Positions 42,583 to 52,163 are shown, numbered from the stretch's first letter. The stretch is 60,947 nt of DNA from Patescibacteria group bacterium (GCA_038063315.1 JBBTVI010000027.1:1-60947), one strand, 5' to 3'. Notes: generated from the letters alone by a model not told the origin. Numbers and translations are program-made.

Positions 42583-43662
42583 ATGGTCTACAAACGCTTT
42601 GCTGAAAAAGAATTTGCCCCGCCCAAAAAAGAGGATAAGGAGAAAAAGGGTCTGATGCTCAAAGATGTGCTTGCAAACGAGCGTCAATCCGACCTGTTCG
42701 GCCAACTCCTCAAACGCGACGGAGAAATGGATCTTTCCGAAAAAATGTTCCGCAAGGAAACATTCTCGCCTGAGGATATGAATAAACTCGCGAACCTCAC
42801 GCGGAAATTCGAAACAACGCTTGAGCAGGCGGAAGCCATGCGCAAAAAAGTCGGCATTGATGCCATCAACCGTCTCATTGCCGCCGAAGAGGCGCGTGGC
42901 GGAACCGGAACGCGTGAGACATTTTTCCGCAACCAAAAAACAACAGTAGGCGCCGAAGGAATCCGGGACGCCTTCTTAAAAAACCTCGACCGGCTTGCGG
43001 TTGAAAACCCGGCGCATTTCGAGCGCATTGGAAAAAGCATCCAAAATCTCGACGGCGAACACGAGACCATGCTCAAAAAAGATAAAGAATTCCGCGAACG
43101 GGCACAAGCGTGGAACATCAAAGACGACGAATTAGAGACCGCGCTTGGTATCGAGGATGATGTAGACCGCGCCGAAGCATTAACTAAACTGGCGCGATCT
43201 TCACTCGGTTTCCGGGGATGGTTTGGCCGACATCAGGACTGGGTTGATGTCCGTGCGGCGGGTCTGGACCAAAAATCTGATATTGACGCGACCCTCAACA
43301 ACATTCACGGAGCTGAAGATCTCTTCCGGTTGCAATTTGCGCATGTGATGAGCGACAACGAATTCCTCCGCGCGGCCATCGGCGAAGAAATGCGCGTGGA
43401 GGTCCGCGAAGAAAAGGACGAGGAGAAACTGACCTTTAACGAGGCCACCGACGTTTTCTCAAGTCATGACAAAATGATGGCGGAATTCGAGGAATTCCAA
43501 AAAAATAAAGCGTTCGATCCCGCATGGGACGATGCAACCAAAGACCGCTACTTCGAAGATGCCGCGACAACACTTGTCCAAAACAAGCATAAAAAGATGG
43601 GCGGGGTTGCAAATATTCTTTTTACCATCGCTAAACAATCCTTCCGCAACGCGATCCCATAG
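42583..43662 (+). CDS. Hypothetical helical, charged protein
   Basis: 359-aa ORF with no TM and no recognisable motif. Lys/Glu-rich, probably coiled coil. Confidence 0.45.
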   Translation: MVYKRFAEKEFAPPKKEDKEKKGLMLKDVLANERQSDLFGQLLKRDGEMDLSEKMFRKETFSPEDMNKLANLTRKFETTLEQAEAMRKKVGIDAINRLIAAEEARGGTGTRETFFRNQKTTVGAEGIRDAFLKNLDRLAVENPAHFERIGKSIQNLDGEHETMLKKDKEFRERAQAWNIKDDELETALGIEDDVDRAEALTKLARSSLGFRGWFGRHQDWVDVRAAGLDQKSDIDATLNNIHGAEDLFRLQFAHVMSDNEFLRAAIGEEMRVEVREEKDEEKLTFNEATDVFSSHDKMMAEFEEFQKNKAFDPAWDDATKDRYFEDAATTLVQNKHKKMGGVANILFTIAKQSFRNAIP

Positions 43663-43787
43663 ACAAAAACACACTACTGACGTTTTATAGTTAAGTTAAT
43701 ATCATCCTTCCCCAAAAAGGCCTGAAAATAAGCCGAAAAACGGGGTTTTGAAAATTAAGTTAAATCCGAAAGGTCAGTAATTAAACA

Positions 43788-44099
43788 ATGATTATTATTA
43801 TGTCCACACTTTTACCTGCAAAAGACATCCATAACACAATTTACAACCTCCTGCAAAAAGGGGACGAACAGACCTTTCGCTCCTACCTCACCGAAAATTA
43901 CGATAAATTTCCACCGGATCTGCAGGAAAGCGTCGCCGCGTATTTCGTGGAAGAGGCGATTGATCGCGCCGGACAAGAGGCCGCGACGATCAACACATTG
44001 TACGATGAAGGCAAAAAAATCGCCGATGCGCTGGACATTACAAAGCGGCAACTCGGGGATCGCCGGAAGACGCTCGAATTGCAAGAACAGCTGAAGTAA
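43788..44099 (+). CDS. Hypothetical small protein
   Basis: 103-aa ORF in a locally AT-richer segment. No recognisable motif. Confidence 0.35.
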   Translation: MIIIMSTLLPAKDIHNTIYNLLQKGDEQTFRSYLTENYDKFPPDLQESVAAYFVEEAIDRAGQEAATINTLYDEGKKIADALDITKRQLGDRRKTLELQEQLK

Positions 44100-44191
44100 C
44101 AGCGGGTACGCGCCGATGAGGAAAATTAAACAGAGAAAAACACCGCAGATGCCTGCGGTGTTCGCTTTTTCTACCCATAACCACCGAAAAA

Positions 44192-44277
44192 GTCATTGCG
44201 CGGAGTCAGACAACAAAACAACCCAGAAGCCCTGGATTGCCGCGCGCCCCCTCGCAGCTCGGGTCGCTCGCAATGAC
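44192..44277. repeat. Family A element (degenerate left end)
   Basis: GTCATTGCGCGGAGTCAGACAACAAAACAACCC ... GGATTGCCGCGCGCCCCCTCGCAGCTCGGGTCGCTCGCAATGAC. Confidence 0.8.
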
Positions 44278-44300
44278 GGATGGAGGGTTTTTAACAGCTT

Positions 44301-45920
44301 CTAGCACTCCTTCCCCGGCGGCAACAGCAGACGGTACTGCTGCGCGACCGAGTCCGCGTAATTCGCGAGGAAAATCGCCGACGTTGCGACAATTTTTTTC
44401 CCGCTTTGCCCCGCAATCTCCAGCCGCAACGCGTTAAGGAGGTTAATCACCGGACAGAAATTTGCGCGCTCCGCCTGATTGCCTGCGGCACGGACTTTGG
44501 CGAGCAAACCCGTCTTTAACTCGGCGTCAATACCTGTGTCTGCCGCGATATACCCGATCAGATCCGGAATCGTGTCGCGGCAACCGTCACCATCCGCGTC
44601 AAACTGCGCGGCGTTCTCCGTCGGGCACTTGTCCGCGCCATCCGGAATGCCGTCCCCATCAGAATCAACCGCGGCCGCAATCTGCCAGATGCTCGCCGCG
44701 GAAGTTAACGCCTGTAAAAAGAAATTCCCGTTCGCAAGCACGCTCCGTCGCGCGACGCAGGGATCCGGAGACGCAATACCGGCCGTGTTGTCGCAGTTGG
44801 AGACAAGCACGCCGTTCCGAAAAATCTGAACCGTGTTGGGCGTACTGCCCGGCGGCAGATGGCCCGGATAGACAATGAATCCGAGAATCAACGGCCGGTC
44901 CGGGTCGCCGTCCACCGCCTCAATCACCACCTCAAAATTCAGAAACTGAAATCCTACAGGCGGAGTTCCGCTCGCCGCCCTTTCGGTCAAAGACACGCGG
45001 CCTCCGATCGGCGTCGTAAGCATCACCTCCAACGGATCGTCAGCGGTCGCGCCATCGCCCTCGATGTCCGTTGTCAGAGTGCCTCCGGCCGCAACATCTG
45101 CGGTAACGGCGTCAAATAAGCACATTCCTGCGCTAGCCGCGAGAAACATACGGCACACATCGTTATCTGGGTCCGTGGCGCAATCCGAGGACGGCCCGGT
45201 CAACGCGCGGTTGTAGATCTGCGGATCATCAATGAGGCCGTCGAATTGCTCGAATCCGCTCACGCCTCCGCCGATCCTTAACGGCGCTGTTCCGGAATGG
45301 ATGGCAACAGTTTGAACCGTCTCAGCCACGCGCCGTCCGTTCATATACAAAACCGCGCGGCTGCCGTCGTATGTGCCGACAATGTGATTCCAGACGTTCA
45401 GCGGCGTCGGCTCCGGGCCAAAGAGAATGATTGGCCACCCCGTTCCGGATCCGATGAGCAGGCCGGGTTCTCCGTTCGGCCCACCGATGTAGAGCATGAA
45501 ACTGCGCTCCTCCGCGCCATGCACCTCGGCCTTGCCGATCGTCACCGGCTGTCCGACTTTGCTGTCCAGGTAGACCCAGGCCGATAGCGTGACGGCATTT
45601 GTCAAATCAAACGCCGCATTATCCGGAATCTCCACATAATCATCCACTCCGTCAAACGAAAACGCCTGACCGACAAGCCCCGGAGCGTAACCGGCGCCGT
45701 TCCGCAACATTCCGTCTCGGCCGCCCGCGACATCATCGGCGGTCCCGTTCCCCGGCCACCAACCGACAAGCCCTTCCGGCGGCATAACGCACATATTCGC
45801 CTGCGCGGCGGCCGGAAACACAAATGCGAACAAGCTCGCCACAGCCGCCAGCGCAACGACCGTTGCGCCCGGAAATCCTCTTCTCGCCACACTAACTTTC
45901 GCCTTACTATTCGTCAGCAT
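44301..45920 (-). CDS. Secreted LamG/concanavalin-A-like lectin-fold protein with thrombospondin-type-3-like Ca-binding repeats
   Basis: ORF trimmed to the ATG at 45920, which yields a signal peptide ending AAAQA. LamG-like region: FSFDGVDDYVEIPDN...LSAWVY...WNHIVGTYDG...LYMNGRRV...FDGLIDDPQIYNRAL. Ca-binding-like segment DSDGDGIPDGADKCP...DADGDGCRD. Confidence 0.65.
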   Translation of the reverse strand: MLTNSKAKVSVARRGFPGATVVALAAVASLFAFVFPAAAQANMCVMPPEGLVGWWPGNGTADDVAGGRDGMLRNGAGYAPGLVGQAFSFDGVDDYVEIPDNAAFDLTNAVTLSAWVYLDSKVGQPVTIGKAEVHGAEERSFMLYIGGPNGEPGLLIGSGTGWPIILFGPEPTPLNVWNHIVGTYDGSRAVLYMNGRRVAETVQTVAIHSGTAPLRIGGGVSGFEQFDGLIDDPQIYNRALTGPSSDCATDPDNDVCRMFLAASAGMCLFDAVTADVAAGGTLTTDIEGDGATADDPLEVMLTTPIGGRVSLTERAASGTPPVGFQFLNFEVVIEAVDGDPDRPLILGFIVYPGHLPPGSTPNTVQIFRNGVLVSNCDNTAGIASPDPCVARRSVLANGNFFLQALTSAASIWQIAAAVDSDGDGIPDGADKCPTENAAQFDADGDGCRDTIPDLIGYIAADTGIDAELKTGLLAKVRAAGNQAERANFCPVINLLNALRLEIAGQSGKKIVATSAIFLANYADSVAQQYRLLLPPGKEC

Positions 45921-46048
45921 AATTCTCTCCTCCCATCCCCTGATCGGAGTTTTTTCAAAAACCATTAAACGACCACACCAATACGTAGCAAACCCACACG
46001 GCATTGTCAAACATTGAATCACCCAAAGATTTCCTCTACTGTGAATGC

Positions 46049-46744
46049 ATGACAGTAAAACCAACATTCACCACCAACGCTCTCTACCACCTGTACAACA
46101 GAGGCGTCGAAAAACGCCCGATTTTCCTTGACGACGGCGACCATTTCCGCTTTATCCACGGCCTCTACGAGTTCAACGATACAGCCACCGCGTCGAACCT
46201 TTTCTACAAAAAAGACGCCCTGCGCTCTTACGAAGTTAAGCTTCGTAAGAGGGAATTACTGGTCGAAATTCTCGCCTTTTGTTTGATGTCGAATCATTTC
46301 CATCTCTTCGTCCGTCAACGCCGCGAGTTGGGCATTACACAGTTTATGCACAAATTAGGAACCGGATATACAAATTACTTTAATAAAAAATATGAAAGAG
46401 TCGGCGGACTTTTTCAAGGCACCTTTCGCGCTAAGTACATCGAAAGCGACCGTCACTTTCTCTATCTTCCGCACTACATCCATCTCAACCCGTTGGATTT
46501 TATCGCACCGGAATGGCGTGAAAAACGCATCCGAAACAAAAATCAGGCGTTGCGATTCCTGGATAACTATCGCTGGTCCAGCTATCGCGACCATACGGGC
46601 CGTGAAAATTTTCCGTTCGTCATCGCGGGAAACGCCTTTCGCGAGTTATACACAACTCCGCAGAAATACCGACAATCCCTCGAACAATGGATTGCGGAAT
46701 TGCACAAAAATATCCGTGACATGGGCGAGATAATAATTGACTAA
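46049..46744 (+). CDS. REP-associated tyrosine transposase (RAYT; IS200/IS605-like Y1 HUH enzyme)
   Basis: YHLYNRGVEKRPIFLDDGDHFRF, the HUH motif in LMSNHFHLFV, GTFRAKYIESDRHFLYL and YIHLNPL (catalytic Tyr region). Family E REP hairpins lie immediately downstream and inside the gene. An alternative start lies at 46004. Confidence 0.8.
   Translation: MTVKPTFTTNALYHLYNRGVEKRPIFLDDGDHFRFIHGLYEFNDTATASNLFYKKDALRSYEVKLRKRELLVEILAFCLMSNHFHLFVRQRRELGITQFMHKLGTGYTNYFNKKYERVGGLFQGTFRAKYIESDRHFLYLPHYIHLNPLDFIAPEWREKRIRNKNQALRFLDNYRWSSYRDHTGRENFPFVIAGNAFRELYTTPQKYRQSLEQWIAELHKNIRDMGEIIID
46227..46249. repeat. Family E REP hairpin inside the RAYT coding sequence
   Basis: CTTACGAAG-TTAAG-CTTCGTAAG (9-bp arms, 5-nt loop). 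Encodes SYEVKLRKR in frame. Confidence 0.9.
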
Positions 46745-46748
46745 CAAA

Positions 46749-46771
46749 CTTACGAAGTTAAGCTTCGTAAG
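46749..46771. repeat. Family E REP hairpin, 5 nt downstream of the RAYT stop
   Basis: Identical 23-mer CTTACGAAGTTAAGCTTCGTAAG. Confidence 0.9.
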
Positions 46772-46789
46772 TTTTAATTTTGAGGAAAT

Positions 46790-48535
46790 ATGCGGTCTTT
46801 CAGACTTACGAAGTTAAGCTTCGTAATAATGTCGGTGGTGTTAATAATCCTCGCGTATCCGCCGTCCACGGCGTGGCTGCGCTGGCTTATATTTATCGCG
46901 CTCGTGCCGTTGATACGCTTTTTAGATCATGCTGAAACAAAAAAGCGGGCGTTTTGGGGCCTGTTTCTTTTTTCGTTTCTTTTTCTCGGGTGGAATATCC
47001 GATGGTTTTTCTCGGTATTACCGGCTGACTGGGCTGGCATTGAAAACCCCGTTGCCGGAGCAGCGCTCGTCGGTATTATCTGGCTCCTCACGACAATCGT
47101 CCTATCTCTCCCAATGGCCGCAGTCGGGACACTCTATGCGACGATTCAAACAAAGCGCGCCCAACAACACATCACAAAGCCCCTGCTATTCCTTCTGCCG
47201 TCATTGTGGATCCTCGGCGAGTACTTACGCGCGTGGCTTTTCAGCGTTTTCTGGGTCGGACCGGGGACTCTTCTCGGGCCGCACTGGACATTCGGATTTC
47301 TCGGATATGACCTGACGAATTTCCCACTCCTCCTTCAATCATCAAAACTTGTCGGCGTCTATGGCGCCGGATTTCTGCTTATCCTTGCCAATGTGTGCGC
47401 CGCTCGAATAATCGCGACGCGCGGGCTACACATTCATCGGCGACTTACGTTTACGAGGTTTCACCTCGTAAGATTCTCAAATATTGCTATCGTTTGCGCT
47501 ATCGTGACGGCGTTGTTATTCTACGGTGCGCGACAACTTAAATCGGATCGTTCCCCGCCCGGTGAGATAAAAAAAATCGTCCTCCTCCAAACCAACGCCT
47601 ACCATTACGCCTTTCACGACGCGGCCGCCTTCGAACAATTTATCCGCGACGAACTGAACCTCCTGCGCCGGGCCGCCTATCAAAAACCGGACATCGTGAT
47701 TCTCCCCGAAGGATCGCGCTTGACGCTCAGATTCGGCGAACGCACTCCGGCTATTCTCCAAGACATCTTCGGAACAGAGCGCTCGATCATCATCGTTGAC
47801 AGCGCGCGTCTCAGCCAGACCGGGCCATCCAAAGAGCGGACATTCATCTATGACACGCGCGCGGGCCTCATCGGCATCAGCGACAAAACACTCACAATTC
47901 CGGGTGGGGAATATTTGCCGACGGTTCTAACGACGGCTGCGCGCTTCGCCGGGCAAAAAAAATGGCTGGATCGCTTCGCCCACCTTCGGCATATCATCCC
48001 CGGCGAATATAGTCCGCACGCCGCGCTTGACCCGCGCCGCCAGCCGCTTGGCATTCAACTCTGCTCCGCGGTTCTTGCGCCTCATCTTTGGCGGGATCCC
48101 GTGAAAAACGCGAGCGCGCAGCTGCTCGTCAACGCCGCGAGCCAGGGGCTTTTCAAGGGATCGGCGTTCCGCGATCAAGCGCTCGCGTGGCTCCGTTTTT
48201 TTGCGGCCTCCAACGATCGGTGGCTTGCCCAGGCGGCCAACAGCGGATACTCATATATTATTGACAACAACGGCCAAGTCCGCGCCCGCACCGACACTCT
48301 CGGTCTTCAGACAATTGCCGGAATTGTTGAATACCGCGCGACAAAAACGCCTTACGTCCGCTTCGGCGATTGGCCGCTCATTGCCGCCATCATTGTGCTT
48401 GTCTTGACCATTGTATCCGGCCGGCCAATTACGATTAAAATAAACCGCGAAATAAAACCCAATAGCGGCGGACACCCGCACACGCCGCCGGAAAACGCAG
48501 GACGGTTTGAAGCTGCGTCAGACGAGCCATGTTGA
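46790..48535 (+). CDS. lnt: Apolipoprotein N-acyltransferase-like protein (Lnt paralogue 1)
   Basis: 581 aa. N-terminal polytopic domain plus a C-terminal CN-hydrolase domain with DIVILPEG (Glu), SDKTLTIPGGEYLP (Lys) and GIQLCSAV (Cys). GAGG lies 8 nt upstream of the ATG. Confidence 0.75.
   Translation: MRSFRLTKLSFVIMSVVLIILAYPPSTAWLRWLIFIALVPLIRFLDHAETKKRAFWGLFLFSFLFLGWNIRWFFSVLPADWAGIENPVAGAALVGIIWLLTTIVLSLPMAAVGTLYATIQTKRAQQHITKPLLFLLPSLWILGEYLRAWLFSVFWVGPGTLLGPHWTFGFLGYDLTNFPLLLQSSKLVGVYGAGFLLILANVCAARIIATRGLHIHRRLTFTRFHLVRFSNIAIVCAIVTALLFYGARQLKSDRSPPGEIKKIVLLQTNAYHYAFHDAAAFEQFIRDELNLLRRAAYQKPDIVILPEGSRLTLRFGERTPAILQDIFGTERSIIIVDSARLSQTGPSKERTFIYDTRAGLIGISDKTLTIPGGEYLPTVLTTAARFAGQKKWLDRFAHLRHIIPGEYSPHAALDPRRQPLGIQLCSAVLAPHLWRDPVKNASAQLLVNAASQGLFKGSAFRDQALAWLRFFAASNDRWLAQAANSGYSYIIDNNGQVRARTDTLGLQTIAGIVEYRATKTPYVRFGDWPLIAAIIVLVLTIVSGRPITIKINREIKPNSGGHPHTPPENAGRFEAASDEPC
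46805..46826. repeat. Family E REP hairpin inside the first codons of lnt paralogue 1
   Basis: CTTACGAAGTTAAGCTTCGTAA. Encodes LTKLSFV. Confidence 0.9.
47451..47472. repeat. Family E-like REP hairpin inside lnt paralogue 1
   Basis: TTACGAGGT-TTC-ACCTCGTAA(G), preceded by a partial copy CTTACGT. Encodes TFTRFHLVRF. Confidence 0.8.
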
Positions 48536-49430
48536 ATCCCGAGACCCATCGAGCGTCAAAAACAAAAAGATGGAACAAAAACAACCCGATCGTCAAATCA
48601 GTCAGGTTGAGCAGCAGCAATATTCCGAAGTGAAAACACGTCATCGCGAGCCACACGAGACGCCGCGTTTTACGCCACAAACAAAGCGGCGCAAACCCCG
48701 CCTCCAATGCTAAAACCCCCCATGTGAAAATTTGGAATATCCACACGGGAAATTGCAGTATCCAATCAACGATCCATGAATCCCGCCCAGCACCGCTTGC
48801 AAGGATCTGAAAAAACGCGGTCCCGTCTATCCAACTCGGGCTGCCCATTTTCTGAAATCCGCTGATGGTATAACCGAGCGCCAAAACAATCCACGCGCCA
48901 TAAAAAATAATCCCGGGCATTTTCCAATCGGCACGCGCGCGTTGCCGCCGCGATCCAATGGACAGCGGCTCGCCTGTCGGAATGATCGTTGAGGCGAGCA
49001 ACAACCACCCCACGTAGTGAACGCTGATGTCGCCCGCGAGAATATTTGCATTCAATAAACACGCCCAGCCATACCATAAGAAAAGGGATGCGGCGCGGCG
49101 CAGAACGCCGCACGAGTAAAAAACCGATAACGCCGCCAACACAACAATAAACAAAGTAACGCCGCCGGAGGAATCAGCAAGGGACAGCACGTTGGGAAAA
49201 ATGCCGTTGGAAAAGGCGTAACGCGCTTCCGCCATCATTCCTGTCCGTCCAAACACTTCCGGCGCATAAGGGAGGAGCCGCACAAAATGGACCGCAAGGT
49301 AGACCCCGAAAACAATACGCCAAATCGCAAACTGCGTCGGCGAGTAAAACACGGCGGCTCTATCTGCCAAGGCGTGCACAAAGGCCCACATGCTCCGTAC
49401 CCGTATTAAAATGCGACGCAAATGTGTCAT
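48435..49430 (-). CDS. HTTM-domain (vitamin-K-dependent gamma-carboxylase-like / SdpB-like) polytopic membrane protein
   Basis: Start taken at 49430 (MTHLRR), giving an ATGA overlap with the upstream stop. FAIWRIVFGVYLAVHFVRLLPYAPEVFG... followed by multiple TMs matches my recollection of the HTTM/SdpB N-terminal pattern. Not verified by search. Confidence 0.5.
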   Translation of the reverse strand: MTHLRRILIRVRSMWAFVHALADRAAVFYSPTQFAIWRIVFGVYLAVHFVRLLPYAPEVFGRTGMMAEARYAFSNGIFPNVLSLADSSGGVTLFIVVLAALSVFYSCGVLRRAASLFLWYGWACLLNANILAGDISVHYVGWLLLASTIIPTGEPLSIGSRRQRARADWKMPGIIFYGAWIVLALGYTISGFQKMGSPSWIDGTAFFQILASGAGRDSWIVDWILQFPVWIFQIFTWGVLALEAGFAPLCLWRKTRRLVWLAMTCFHFGILLLLNLTDLTIGLFLFHLFVFDARWVSGFNMARLTQLQTVLRFPAACAGVRRYWVLFRGLF

Positions 49431-49975
49431 TGGCGTTTTCCGCAATCAATAGCGATGGTCCAGACCATATCACGATTCCGCAAGTGATCGCCCGCCCGCG
49501 CGATTCTGGATTCCCCCGTGACGATTGCCTGCTTGACGGATGTCGTGATGCCGATTTCCGACAGAATGCTTGCTTGGCATATTCCGTAATGCAAAACCGC
49601 GCGCATCATCTCCCGTATCGGCTGCCCCTGCGCCGTCGTCGGCCAATACGTCAATGTGTTGGTATACGGATTGCGTCGCGTCATGGGGCCCCGCAGGCGC
49701 GAAGAAGTTTCGGAATCCAGGGCCCGCCGGATTATCTGGCCCTCCTCCGTCATAACCCTCATCTCCACCGAAAACGCGAACGTGTCAATACCGTTGATAT
49801 GCGTAAAAACAATCGGCACGGGAGATGCCACGGTCATGGCGCCCGCGCGCTCGAGAGCTGCCCATCCGGTTGCGTATCCGGCCATCTGTAGCAAACCGAT
49901 CGCCACCACGATAGACGCCGAGCCAGCGCGAACCGCTTTTCTGAAAGCCGCTTTGTCAAAATATGCGAGATGCAT
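49427..49975 (-). CDS. Hypothetical protein in the SdpA position (immediately upstream of and translationally coupled to the HTTM gene)
   Basis: 182-aa ORF with one N-terminal hydrophobic segment (ASIVVAIGLLQMAGYA). The call rests on position only. Confidence 0.4.
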   Translation of the reverse strand: MHLAYFDKAAFRKAVRAGSASIVVAIGLLQMAGYATGWAALERAGAMTVASPVPIVFTHINGIDTFAFSVEMRVMTEEGQIIRRALDSETSSRLRGPMTRRNPYTNTLTYWPTTAQGQPIREMMRAVLHYGICQASILSEIGITTSVKQAIVTGESRIARAGDHLRNRDMVWTIAIDCGKRQ

Positions 49976-49983
49976 GATAGAAA

Positions 49984-51144
49984 TCAGTCCGGCGCAAAGT
50001 AAAATCCCAACATGCCCATGGACGCGCCTAGAAGCGCCTTACCGGACGGATTCGAATATATAGCGGCAATAGAGATAATATCGCCCGGGCGAATGCGCCG
50101 CCGCGTCCACAACTGTTGTGTCTCCCACTCCCACGGAGGGGACGCGCGCTTCTTGGTTATGAGTTGGGCAATGCGCCTGCCATTAAGAGACACGATCAGC
50201 TTTTCTCCGCCCTCCCATCCATGGAGGTGCCCACCGAATCCGAGCAGCGCGCCGGGACGCCGGAATGTGTACTCGGCCGTGCTTACGCCATTCACTCGCG
50301 CTCCGCGAAATTCCGCGTGGTCGCTGCGGGCCGGTATTGCAAAGGTGTCGTCCAGAACAAGACCGATATTCTCCACGCCGTTCGGCGCGCGCAAACCTTC
50401 CATATCCTGCGCATATGCGCATGGCGTATCGTCAATCCGTAATCGCTGATACTCAACCCTCCGTGAGCGCCGTCCGGTTGCGGCGCGCTCCACCCTCATA
50501 CGGAGCGCCGCCGACACATCGCGATAAAAACCGCCTGGACCGTACGGGGGGAAAGGATTATGAACAATGGCATGAAGCATCAACGGAGTGCCGGATGCAA
50601 CGAACATCCCATAGGGCTCGGGAAAAATGACTGGCGCGTAGTTGGCGTCCAACGCGCCGGTAATAAGTTCCTGATAAAAAATAGGGCAGACGCCATCCGT
50701 CTCATCAAGACGCTGAAGCGTTGAGTGATGCAAAACAACCAAAGGGGCATTTCGCACGTCCCATCGAAATTCCGTGATCCAGAAATCCTCCGTTGCCACA
50801 TACGCGTCCGACCCGAGAAAAACACCGTGTCCGGCATCGTGCAGTTTGTTCAGCGAGGGTTCGTGTGCATGCGGCGGCAACTGAGCAATATGCATGGTCT
50901 CCAGCACAAAAGCCGCCCCTCGATCCGCGCGAGACGCGCTTTCGCTCCAGCGATATAAAGAAACGGCGGCGACCGCGATGAGTAAAACGACCGCCGCGGC
51001 AATACGGCGCGTTTTTGATTGTATCGGAAAAAGAGTAAACACGATGCGTAGTAATCTCTCACAGCCGTCATTGCTTCGTCGTCTAACTCCTCGCAATGAC
51101 GATTTATCGTAAAATTTGTAAGCGGGTGTAAAAGGTACGGACAA
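49984..51144 (-). CDS. Membrane-anchored PHM/DBH-like (copper type II ascorbate-dependent monooxygenase-like) protein, paralogue 1
   Basis: Motifs in 386-aa ORF numbering: HH at 139-140 (VVLHHSTLQRLD...C), H191/H195 (LMLHAIVHNP), H306-x-H308 (GGHLHGWEGGE), PGDIISIAAIYSN and M376/M378 (GASMGMLGFYFAP). The first ~30 codons are a family A repeat, so the true start may be the GTG at 51042. Confidence 0.45.
   Translation of the reverse strand: MSVPFTPAYKFYDKSSLRGVRRRSNDGCERLLRIVFTLFPIQSKTRRIAAAVVLLIAVAAVSLYRWSESASRADRGAAFVLETMHIAQLPPHAHEPSLNKLHDAGHGVFLGSDAYVATEDFWITEFRWDVRNAPLVVLHHSTLQRLDETDGVCPIFYQELITGALDANYAPVIFPEPYGMFVASGTPLMLHAIVHNPFPPYGPGGFYRDVSAALRMRVERAATGRRSRRVEYQRLRIDDTPCAYAQDMEGLRAPNGVENIGLVLDDTFAIPARSDHAEFRGARVNGVSTAEYTFRRPGALLGFGGHLHGWEGGEKLIVSLNGRRIAQLITKKRASPPWEWETQQLWTRRRIRPGDIISIAAIYSNPSGKALLGASMGMLGFYFAPD
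51051..51100. repeat. Family A mini-element (internally deleted)
   Basis: GTAATCTCTCACAGCCGTCATTGC-TTCGTCGTCTAACTCCTCGCAATGAC. Lies inside the long-ORF N-terminus of PHM-like paralogue 1. Confidence 0.8.
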
Positions 51145-51149
51145 TCCCC

Positions 51150-52163
51150 TTACTTTGTGTCCGGCGCAAAATAAAACCCGATTTGTCCCATGGCTGAGTC
51201 CACCAATGGCGCGGCCTGCGGATTGGAATACGTTGCGTCAATGGACAAAACATCACCCTTCGCCACGCGCCGAAACAATTTTATATGCGGCGTCTCCCAC
51301 GACCATAGATTATCAGCGGTCTGACGCGAAACAAGCGATGCGAGAATGTCGCCATTCAAAAAAACTCCCACGGACTCACCGCCTTCCCAGGCATGGATAT
51401 GTCCTCCAACCCCGAATAACATGCCAGATGACATAAAGGTATACTCGGCGGTGTGAAACGGTCCGTTCCGCGCCTGCGCCGCTGTGAAGCGCGCGTGCGC
51501 GCTGCGGGCCGGAATTACGAATGTTTCGACTGTTACCGGATCAGCGCACGGCGAATCATCAAGACGCAGACGCCTGTACTCCAGCCGCCTATGCCGCCGA
51601 GAAACCGTCGCCCGTTCAACGTCCATCACTAACCGAACGGAAACATTCTCATAAATCCCGCCCGGGCCGTGCGGCGAAACAGGATTGTGCGCCATGACAT
51701 TGACCTCAAGCGGCGTCCCTTTCGGCAGAAAAATCCCGTAGGGAGAGGGAAAAACAACCGAAGTATGTATTGTATCAATACTGCCGGTAAAAAGCTCTTC
51801 CCACGATCTCGGACACACAGGATCCATCCGATCTATTCTCTGAAAAACAGCATGATGCACAATATGCGGGGGGGCATTCTGCACCTCCCAACGGAGCCCC
51901 GTGACCCAAAGATCGTCTCCCGCCGCCACTACCGGCGACAAAAGATATACCCCATGCCCTGCGCTGAAGATTTTATCCTTGAGCGGCGTATGCGGATGCG
52001 AAGGAAAACTCGCCAACGCATTGGTCTCAATTACAAAGCGCCGCGATCCACCGACCATCCCGGCCGCATCGCGAGAGCCGCCACGCATGAACAACCACCC
52101 GAAAAACGCGACAACCAACAATCCAAGCGCGCCCCATATGTACAAAGGCCGTCTCATTTCCAT
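51150..52163 (-). CDS. Membrane-anchored PHM/DBH-like protein, paralogue 2
   Basis: Same motif set: IVHHAVFQRID..C, VMAHNP, GGHIHAWEGGE, KGDVLSIDATYSN, SAMGQIGFYFAP. N-terminal TM. Start at 52163 or 52157, because the upstream codons are a family B repeat. Confidence 0.45.
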   Translation of the reverse strand: MEMRRPLYIWGALGLLVVAFFGWLFMRGGSRDAAGMVGGSRRFVIETNALASFPSHPHTPLKDKIFSAGHGVYLLSPVVAAGDDLWVTGLRWEVQNAPPHIVHHAVFQRIDRMDPVCPRSWEELFTGSIDTIHTSVVFPSPYGIFLPKGTPLEVNVMAHNPVSPHGPGGIYENVSVRLVMDVERATVSRRHRRLEYRRLRLDDSPCADPVTVETFVIPARSAHARFTAAQARNGPFHTAEYTFMSSGMLFGVGGHIHAWEGGESVGVFLNGDILASLVSRQTADNLWSWETPHIKLFRRVAKGDVLSIDATYSNPQAAPLVDSAMGQIGFYFAPDTK

